A DNA stretch of 57,261 nt, the filler included, from Candidatus Woesearchaeota archaeon (lineage in GTDB: Archaea > Nanobdellota > Nanobdellia > Woesearchaeales > ARS49): NCBI GenBank assembly GCA_016188265.1. It is 4 parts of 4 records of this genome, joined end to end, with 100 filler letters (N's around TTAATTAATTAA, not from the genome) between each part and the next. Parts side by side here need not be neighbours in the genome. Positions count along the whole stretch, not along the records: positions 43,486 to 57,261 come from JACPID010000020.1; 3 more parts are not named here. The stretch is one strand, 5' to 3'. Position numbers and translations under genes: made by a program. The notes under the pieces are model-generated. The model was not told the origin of the DNA and did not search any database. It worked only from the letters and a program-made list of their open reading frames with translations. Shown in pieces: positions 50,856 through 57,261 of this stretch; position 1 is the first letter of the stretch, and each line of letters begins with the position of its first letter.

Positions 50856-51053
50856 TTATAACTTTCTAAATTCAGAGACTATTTCAAGTAAATCTACTTG
50901 CCCTAAAAACATAGTACGGCAACAATATCTTTCAATAGAAAGTTCATCCATTACTGTTTTAGGATTTTCTCCTTTCTCAGTACGTTCTTTGTACTTTTCC
51001 CAAAGATGTGCTATTGGTTTTCCACAAGTCCAACACCTGATTGGTATTATCAT
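50856..51053 (-). CDS. rpoN: RNA polymerase subunit N (Rpo10)
   Basis: MIIPIRCWTCGK...RYCCR; true start at 51053. Confidence 0.97.
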   Translation of the reverse strand: MIIPIRCWTCGKPIAHLWEKYKERTEKGENPKTVMDELSIERYCCRTMFLGQVDLLEIVSEFRKL

Positions 51054-51060
51054 TTTTTGA

Positions 51061-51456
51061 TCACCTGTACGATTTCTGCTGTTTTGCACGAGCTTTCCCA
51101 TGCCTGTTTGGTTTATGTGTTTCTTTTTGGCGTACATCTGCAACAAGTAATGTTCTATCATATTTTGAAAATTCTTTTTGCAATTTTTTATTATACTGAA
51201 ATAGTGCTTTTGCAATTGCTAAACGAGCAGCATCTGCTTGACTATTAATCCCGCCACCATTAACTTGAACCATAATATCTACTTTCTGAGCAGATTCTCC
51301 TGCAAGTAAAAAAGGTTCACTTATACGTATCTTATAAACTTCAGGAGTGTATGTATCAAGTAGTTGAGTATTAATTCGGACAACACCATTGCCTTCTTTT
51401 AAAAATGCTTTTGCAATAGCGCTTTTGCGATTTCCTGAAGCTACAATTGTTTTCAT
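51061..51456 (-). CDS. rps9: 30S ribosomal protein S9
   Basis: G.RK.A.A, GGG..SQA.A and QKSYR. Confidence 0.97.
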   Translation of the reverse strand: MKTIVASGNRKSAIAKAFLKEGNGVVRINTQLLDTYTPEVYKIRISEPFLLAGESAQKVDIMVQVNGGGINSQADAARLAIAKALFQYNKKLQKEFSKYDRTLLVADVRQKETHKPNRHGKARAKQQKSYR

Positions 51457-51881
51457 TTATTTCCTCCGAGATACTTGCAGACTTGTTGAACAGATACAAA
51501 TTTAACAAATTTTCTTTTTGTTGAATCAGCCACTGAGGGCAATATTGCTTTTTTACCTTCAAATTCAGAAGGCACACTTCTATAACACATTATTCTCTTA
51601 AAAGCATCCCTGCCACGGCCTTGTTTATGAGGAAGCATTCCACGTATTACTCTTTTCAAAAATCGTTCTGGTAAACTTGGAATAAATGGACCTTTTTGAG
51701 GCCTTCCAATTTCACTTTTTCTTAACCTATATTTTTCTGCAACTACTTTAGGATCTCCTGAAAATAAAGCCTTTTCACTATTTAAAACAACTACTGAATT
51801 GCCAAGTAAGGCCTGCTTTGCTATGTAAGAAGCAAGTCTTCCTACAATTGCATTTGTTGCATCAATTATTAGTTCTGCCAT
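51453..51881 (-). CDS. rpl13: 50S ribosomal protein L13
   Basis: IIDA....GRLAS and RGMLP. Confidence 0.97.
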   Translation of the reverse strand: MAELIIDATNAIVGRLASYIAKQALLGNSVVVLNSEKALFSGDPKVVAEKYRLRKSEIGRPQKGPFIPSLPERFLKRVIRGMLPHKQGRGRDAFKRIMCYRSVPSEFEGKKAILPSVADSTKRKFVKFVSVQQVCKYLGGNK

Positions 51882-52246
51882 TATCCTATTATCCTTATAT
51901 TTTTTCCCTGAGGGTTTTGTTTAAGCAATTCTCCAATTGTTAAACATTTGCCTTTTGCTTGTTCTATAATGTTTCTTGCTGATTGTGAAAATGTTAATGC
52001 TGCAATAACTAAAGGATGATCTAATGAACCGCTTCCTAAAACTTTTCCAGGAACAATAACAGTTTCATTATTTTGAGTATGTCTGTTAAGTTTTGAAATA
52101 TTAACTTCTCTTCTTTGCCTTGAAGGTTTATTTAAATCAAAGGCAATGCGTTTCCAAAAATCTATTTTGTTAACACTTGCTTCCTTTTGCAATACACTTA
52201 TTAAACTCAGTATTTGCTCATTTGTTGATCCTGTTCGTTTAACCAT
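51881..52246 (-). CDS. rpl18e: 50S ribosomal protein L18e
   Basis: VPGKVLGSG and FS..A...I...G. Confidence 0.97.
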   Translation of the reverse strand: MVKRTGSTNEQILSLISVLQKEASVNKIDFWKRIAFDLNKPSRQRREVNISKLNRHTQNNETVIVPGKVLGSGSLDHPLVIAALTFSQSARNIIEQAKGKCLTIGELLKQNPQGKNIRIIG

Positions 52247-52266
52247 TGTATTTATCTACTAATAAA

Positions 52267-52352
52267 TGCAGGGGAAGGGATTTGAACCCTCGCACCCACT
52301 AAGGGACAAGGCCCTCAACCTTGCGCATTTGACCAGACTCTGCCACCCCTGC
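52267..52352 (-). tRNA. tRNA-Leu(GAG)
   Basis: Acceptor stem GCAGGGG/CCCCTGC, anticodon arm CAAGG-TTGAGGG-CCTTG, long variable arm and TTCAAAT T-loop. Confidence 0.95.
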
Positions 52353-52360
52353 AAATTTGT

Positions 52361-53137
52361 TTATAATTTTTCTTCAAGCTCTTTTATCTGTTTTTGGAAT
52401 TGTTCAAGAGCTGAACTTAAAATTTCAGAGGGGTTTAACTGGCCCCAAGGTTCTATGTTAAACATAAAAGTTTTTCCATCATATTCTAATTTAATAACAT
52501 CCTCGCATACTCCTTCTACAGCATCAAATAAATTATTATCAATGATTGCTTGTTTGTCAACTTTTCCATCTTTAACAGCCACGCTTGGAATGCGAGCTTT
52601 GCACTCTTCTAATTTTGAACTTGAATTGTTAACAGTTACTTTTGGGTATTCAAAATACCAGCATAGTCCAGGACTCCATTTTACATGGTTCTTACCTTGG
52701 CCTAGAACAGCTGTTGCTTCAATTTCAAGTTCTTGCCCTTTTGTCAGAACAGTCAATAATGTATCAGGATATACTGGCACTATTTTTGGATCTTTAGATT
52801 TAAGATCTTTTGCATAAACATTTCCAGGACCTTTTGCTTTAAGAGTAAGAATAACTGTACACCTATTGCATCCTGCTCCATTGCATTTACACTCTTGAGG
52901 CAAAGTGTATGCTTTAAGATCTGTTTTAAGAGTTATAAGCCCTAACCTATGAGCAATTTGTTCATCATATAATGCAGTGTTATTTTTACGAAACTCAACA
53001 TCTTCAATAGCCATTGTTGGAACAGATTCTATGCTAAATCTTCTCAAAGTATTAGCTATAAAATGTGTTGCATCTTTTAGTAAAAAGTTAACACGCCCTG
53101 TTTTTTTATCTTTACTCACTAATTGAATTGTTGTCAT
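52361..53137 (-). CDS. rpoD: RNA polymerase subunit D (Rpo3)
   Basis: ANTLRR, VPTMAI, AHRLGL and H.KWSP. Confidence 0.97.
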   Translation of the reverse strand: MTTIQLVSKDKKTGRVNFLLKDATHFIANTLRRFSIESVPTMAIEDVEFRKNNTALYDEQIAHRLGLITLKTDLKAYTLPQECKCNGAGCNRCTVILTLKAKGPGNVYAKDLKSKDPKIVPVYPDTLLTVLTKGQELEIEATAVLGQGKNHVKWSPGLCWYFEYPKVTVNNSSSKLEECKARIPSVAVKDGKVDKQAIIDNNLFDAVEGVCEDVIKLEYDGKTFMFNIEPWGQLNPSEILSSALEQFQKQIKELEEKL

Positions 53138-53535
53138 ACTCTTCTACCTCTACGCCCGCCTTTTTTTCTGCAGCCTCCATGCGGTACTGGTGTAACATCT
53201 TCAATAATTCCAATTTTAAATCCAGCACGTGACAGTGCCCTTATTGCTGCTTGTGCTCCAGGCCCTGGAGTTGATGGCCCATTGTGGCCGCCTGGTGCGC
53301 GAACTTTAATATGAAGCCCACTTACCCCTTTATCATGTAATTGTTCTGCAACTCTTTTAGAAGCCATCATTGCTGCAGTAGGTGAGCTTTCATTTCTATC
53401 AACTTTAACAACCATGCCACCACTAGCTCTTGCTAATGTTTCTGTACCTGTAATATCAGTAACATGAATAATTGTGTTATTATAAGATGAAAAAATACGA
53501 CATACAGCCCATATATGGTTTTGCTGATTTTTCAT
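53134..53535 (-). CDS. rps11: 30S ribosomal protein S11
   Basis: [16 protein letters not shown] and DVTP.PH. Confidence 0.97.
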   Translation of the reverse strand: MKNQQNHIWAVCRIFSSYNNTIIHVTDITGTETLARASGGMVVKVDRNESSPTAAMMASKRVAEQLHDKGVSGLHIKVRAPGGHNGPSTPGPGAQAAIRALSRAGFKIGIIEDVTPVPHGGCRKKGGRRGRRV

Positions 53536-54065
53536 GTTTTAGCACCTTTAGTTTTTACACTTCTTTCAGGGTGGTCTGGATTTGATAGTGCTGATCTAGG
53601 ATCAAATTTTATATGCTGTTCTTCATCAATACGCACAAGATATGATGGTGATGATACTGTTTTATCTTTAACTTGAACATGCTGGTGTGTTATTAATTGT
53701 CTTGCTTGTTTTGTAGAACGTACAAGCCCATTTTTAACAACTAATGTTTGTAATCTTCTATTAAGAACGTCTTTCACGCTTAAGCCTAAAACAGTATCAA
53801 GTTCAATTTTTCCTTTCAAAACACCAAGACTTTGAAGCTTATCAAGAAGTTGTTTTTTTTCTTTTTCAGACTGTTCGCTTCTTGCTGCAATAAGATTTTT
53901 TGCTTGTGCAGTAAACTGTTTTAGTATACTTGAAGACTTCCATAGTTCTCTTTTATTCTTAAGTCCAAACTCTCTCAAAATAATTGCTTCATCTTCAATA
54001 CGTTTCTTTTGCCAAGGATGTGATGGCTTACTATATTTTTTCCTAAGTTTTTTAATGTCGCCCAT
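53532..54065 (-). CDS. rps4: 30S ribosomal protein S4
   Basis: P.HPW, GLKNKRE, RRLQT and ARQLI.H. Confidence 0.97.
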   Translation of the reverse strand: MGDIKKLRKKYSKPSHPWQKKRIEDEAIILREFGLKNKRELWKSSSILKQFTAQAKNLIAARSEQSEKEKKQLLDKLQSLGVLKGKIELDTVLGLSVKDVLNRRLQTLVVKNGLVRSTKQARQLITHQHVQVKDKTVSSPSYLVRIDEEQHIKFDPRSALSNPDHPERSVKTKGAKT

Positions 54066-54544
54066 TATACTCTTCCTGATTTACCAGCTTTTGATTTTAC
54101 AACACCAAGTTTTGCCTTGCCTTTATTTGCACGGAAATTACTTCTAGTGCGCTGACCGCGAACTGGCTGGCCTAGAGTGTGCCTTATTCCTTTGTAAGAT
54201 TTGATTTTCTTCATTTTTTTAATATCATCTTCTCTTGATAACTGCAATGGTATTGTAACAAGATGTTTATCAGCACCAGTTTCAGGATCTCTTCTACGAT
54301 TATAAAGCCATGTTGGAATTTTAGACTTGCTTGGATCTAAAATTGTTTGCTCAATTTTTTTAATTTGATCCTGAGAAAGCAGGCCTAACTTTTGTTTTGG
54401 ATCAATATTATTAACTTGCAAAACTGCATGTGCAAAATTAAAGCCAACACCTTTTATTTTATTCAAAGCACACATAACTCCTTTTTTCCCATTTAAATCT
54501 GTGTTGACAATACGTATTAACTGTTTAATTTCTTGTTCTGCCAT
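54065..54544 (-). CDS. rps13: 30S ribosomal protein S13
   Basis: IKGVG, P.WL.NR and G.RH..G.PVRGQRT. Confidence 0.97.
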   Translation of the reverse strand: MAEQEIKQLIRIVNTDLNGKKGVMCALNKIKGVGFNFAHAVLQVNNIDPKQKLGLLSQDQIKKIEQTILDPSKSKIPTWLYNRRRDPETGADKHLVTIPLQLSREDDIKKMKKIKSYKGIRHTLGQPVRGQRTRSNFRANKGKAKLGVVKSKAGKSGRV

Positions 54545-54689
54545 TTTTATTAAAACAACTTTGAGAAGTTCATTAGAACCCTCAATCGCCCCTCTAAGGA
54601 CTCGGGATTAAAGACGAGAAATCAGAGGGTATTTATAAATGTTACGGGTAAAAACATTTTTATACCTAATAAAAATTCTTCTACTCTAT

Positions 54690-54761
54690 GGCGGCAATAG
54701 TTTAGTGGTAGAATGCAGGACTGTGGATCCTGAGGTGGGGGTTCGATTCCCCTTTGCCGCT
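54690..54761 (+). tRNA. tRNA-His(GTG), G-1 genomically encoded
   Basis: Acceptor stem GCGGCAA/TTGCCGC; CAGGA-CTGTGGA-TCCTG; GGGG-TTCGATT-CCCC. Confidence 0.95.
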
Positions 54762-54776
54762 TTTGTTGAACTGATG

Positions 54777-55292
54777 TTAAAAACTTATTTTTTTGTTGTG
54801 AATTATTATTAACTTGTGAACTAGAAAAGGAAGTACAAAAGCGCTGATATAAAAAATTCCAACAATCAAAGGATTTTGCGGTCCAACACTAGTATACAAG
54901 GCTTCTGCAAATTTATTAGATAACTTGACAATCAGTACAACATTTATCAAAGCAACACTAGGAATAAATAATCCTGCAATAATTATTTGATGTGTTGCTT
55001 TTTCAAAAAGCCAAATTATTGTTTCAAAAAGAGTTCCAAAACATAAGCCAAGAAGCAATAATAAAGTTATAAGGTAAAAACCACTCACTAAAAGCAGTAT
55101 TGGAACCATAATAACTGAGCTAAATAAATTTCCTAAAATAACAACTAGCAATGCAAAAATGTAAGTAATTGCTCCTCCTAGCTTAATACTTTTTGCATGC
55201 TGTTTTTCCCCTCTTTTTAAAACTCGAAACACTTGAGAGATTTCTTCTTCTGTCCAACTTTTTTTTTTAAAATTTTCAGTCTTCATTTTCAC
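54777..55292 (-). CDS. Membrane protein
   Basis: About four TM helices. Confidence 0.75.
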   Translation of the reverse strand: MKMKTENFKKKSWTEEEISQVFRVLKRGEKQHAKSIKLGGAITYIFALLVVILGNLFSSVIMVPILLLVSGFYLITLLLLLGLCFGTLFETIIWLFEKATHQIIIAGLFIPSVALINVVLIVKLSNKFAEALYTSVGPQNPLIVGIFYISAFVLPFLVHKLIIIHNKKISF

Positions 55293-55758
55293 CTTTCAAA
55301 TAAATTTCAACATATTTAATAAATTCTTTTGTTTTTTGAAAATAATCCTGGACAATATCAATAGTTACTTCAACTTTTTTCCCATCAACATACGCAGTCA
55401 TTGTAACATGCCTTCTAAATTCCAAAGCTCTTTCATATTCTGACTTGTCAAGTTTTCTTAAAATAAGATAAAATTCTTCAAATTTAGGAATTACTTCATC
55501 ACTTGCAAAAGCTTCATTTATACTATCAACACGAAGGCGTGGAAGTTCAGGAATGCTCTTAATTTTTCCTTCTTGTTTTATTTTAATTAAAAGTGCTTCA
55601 TTAACACAAGAAATAGCATTGATAAGCCTTTCAATAATAGATTTAATAACATCAACTGTACGTGTATATTTTAAACTGACAAATAATAAATGATCTGCAC
55701 GCCCTAATTCTTTTTTTGCACGATCCAGTGCTTCATCAACAGAAATAACATTTTCCAT
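55276..55758 (-). CDS. Hypothetical protein (ADHL..VSLKYTRT motif)
   Basis: Probable start MENV at 55758, after a TATA-like element. Confidence 0.75.
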   Translation of the reverse strand: MENVISVDEALDRAKKELGRADHLLFVSLKYTRTVDVIKSIIERLINAISCVNEALLIKIKQEGKIKSIPELPRLRVDSINEAFASDEVIPKFEEFYLILRKLDKSEYERALEFRRHVTMTAYVDGKKVEVTIDIVQDYFQKTKEFIKYVEIYLKGENED

Positions 55759-55838
55759 TTTAACAATAAGAGTAATAAACTGAAGTATATAAATTCTTAC
55801 GTGAATCAGCAAAGTCCAGCTTTTTACACTCTGTTAAT

Positions 55839-56171
55839 TCAAGATTGAAGCTCTAAAATAGCACTAGCCAAATCACCTTTATGCTTCTTAATTGCTTCTT
55901 CTGCACTTTTTTTGTCAGCTCTAGTTTGTTCCATTACTGTTTTAACATCTTCTTCTGAAATAGAAACAGTTCTAGAACGTTCTTCTGGAGTTCCAACAAT
56001 CTGATAACTAACTTGGCCCATCATGTCAACTTTGCTAATCTGAGGATTATTAAATACTAATTCTTTATCTTCTAAAACAATAATAACTTGTTGAGCTTGA
56101 AGCTCATCTTGTTTAATTCCTAACTTCTTCATGGCTTTTGCCATTTCCCTAGGATTAAGGCCTGGAATCAT
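55839..56171 (-). CDS. nac: Nascent polypeptide-associated complex protein
   Basis: PR.M..AM.KLGI, SYQI.G and a UBA-like C-terminus GDLA.AI. Confidence 0.95.
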   Translation of the reverse strand: MIPGLNPREMAKAMKKLGIKQDELQAQQVIIVLEDKELVFNNPQISKVDMMGQVSYQIVGTPEERSRTVSISEEDVKTVMEQTRADKKSAEEAIKKHKGDLASAILELQS

Positions 56172-56344
56172 TGTAATCCCAACAAAGAAGGTCCGATTGA
56201 ATGAAGTATTAACATAACAATGATTATGAAAACAGCTAAAACAATAATATGAGTAGGTTGAAATTCAATTCTACTTTTGTATTCTTCAAAAAATCTAGTA
56301 ATCCCTGCGCTAGCAGCAGGCATAGATATTTTTTCTTGCGCCAT
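56168..56344 (-). CDS. secG: Preprotein translocase Sec61beta/SecG (58 aa; not in the ORF track)
   Basis: MAQEKISMPAASAGITRFFEEYKSRIEFQPTHII plus a TM helix; ATGA overlap with nac. Confidence 0.9.
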   Translation of the reverse strand: MAQEKISMPAASAGITRFFEEYKSRIEFQPTHIIVLAVFIIIVMLILHSIGPSLLGLQ

Positions 56345-56592
56345 GATAATAGGTTATAAAGCAATGGTATAAAAATGTTGTGTTAATTAAACTTTGCAGT
56401 TCGCCTTTGGTTCACAGCAAAAGTTTAGGTCTAGATTTATTTAAAAAAGTGTATAAAATCTCGCTTTTTATCGCGAATTAGGCCATTAAGTGAATATTTA
56501 TCCTGCTTAATAGTTGTTAAGCAAAATTCAGGCGGCGAGCTAAACTAATGCCAAATCAAAGATTTGAAGAAATAATAGAAATAGGTTGGCGT

Positions 56593-56847
56593 CTATAATT
56601 GTCTTCTAACTTCTTCTAGAGGTTTTACAAGATTTGCAGACAAATAAGCATCAAGAACACTTGTATCTGAAACAACACTATATGGTTGCACTTCTGAAAG
56701 TAATGGTGCTTGATTTACTTCCGCAGTAATATCTACTGCAACTTTCGCACCAGAATCATAAAGAATATGATGGTCGATATTATCTATATTTCCTAAATCA
56801 TACATTTCTGCTTGTGTTACTTTAATTCTAAATAATTTTCCTTCCAT
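56593..56847 (-). CDS. Hypothetical protein
   Basis: 84-aa ORF with upstream TATA. Confidence 0.55.
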   Translation of the reverse strand: MEGKLFRIKVTQAEMYDLGNIDNIDHHILYDSGAKVAVDITAEVNQAPLLSEVQPYSVVSDTSVLDAYLSANLVKPLEEVRRQL

Positions 56848-56915
56848 GTGATTTAGTATTTTATTAGTTTTTATAAATATTTCTGAAATGCGCGCTAGGA
56901 TTTTTAATCATTATT

Positions 56916-57049
56916 TTAAACACTAAGATTCCACACTAGAAAATCGAAGATTTTCTGTGCACAGAAAATGCGTTGCATTTTCTTGTGAACCACTGGATGC
57001 TGAAACCGAAGTTTCATGCCACTGGTTTATTGACCGGTGGTTCTTGACA
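56916..57049. mobile_element. Modular palindromic element, copy 4, with nested double hairpin
   Basis: Left end AAACACTAAGATTCCAC (17 nt) is identical to copy 3; right end GGTTCTTGACA; nested hairpins at 56936-56987. Confidence 0.78.
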
Positions 57050-57120
57050 GAAAAGAACTCATATTTCAAGCTTAAAAACTATAAAAAACAGATTTTTCTA
57101 TACCAATTCAAGTATGAAAG

Positions 57121-57209
57121 TGGGCCCGGCCAGATTTGAACTGGCGACCTTCTCGAATTTGAGTTATGCACTCGTCAACGAGATGTCATAACCACTAGAC
57201 CACGGACCC
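57121..57209 (-). tRNA. tRNA-Val(GAC) with a 16-nt canonical 37/38 intron (57157-57172)
   Basis: Acceptor stem GGGTCCG/CGGGCCC; anticodon stem TCTCG/CGAGA; BHB with TTGA/TCAA helix and bulges CG^A and AT^T. Confidence 0.92.
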
Positions 57210-57261
57210 AAAAATTTTATTAGGTTCATAGGCTTTAAATTGTTCTGGCATATGCCAAATA

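Noticed and set aside
51054..51215. 54-aa N-terminal extension of RpoN
   Set aside because: It overlaps rps9 in another frame; the canonical start MIIPIRC is at 51053.
52266..52817. 183-aa plus-strand ORF
   Set aside because: It is antisense to tRNA-Leu and rpoD.
56957..57139. 60-aa ORF
   Set aside because: It runs through the palindromic element into the antisense of tRNA-Val.

Overview
AT-rich archaeal sequence. Gene content and the divergent 16S point to a DPANN (Woesearchaeota/Nanoarchaeota-like) genome bin; this is inference. The window is four contigs joined by artificial 100-bp N linkers containing TTAATTAATTAA (13151-13250, 28236-28335, 43386-43485), so adjacency across the gaps is not real. 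Most genes are housekeeping: aIF2-gamma, Nth, Ogg, PepA, archease-RtcB, PolB, TopA, DnaG, Rio1-Dim2-TopoVI B/A, the S13-S4-S11-RpoD-tRNA-Leu-L18e-L13-S9-RpoN operon, NAC, SecG and L41e. There are three tRNAs, a partial 16S rRNA, several Cys-rich surface proteins and a decayed IS3-family element. The main novelty is non-coding: a family of 113-140-bp modular palindromic elements built from interchangeable hairpins (TGATCAAGAAC...GTTCTTGACA, TGAAAC...), most with one unpaired base near the stem foot. There are four copies, and one splits a methyltransferase gene with no target-site duplication. Other highlights are a 104-nt BHB-type 16S intron at E. coli position 793 that breaks the 806R primer site and has a competing fold, a separate MITE, a toxin-antitoxin fragment embedded in a peptidase-like gene, a 47-bp duplication that inactivates a glycosyltransferase, and several candidate structured RNAs.
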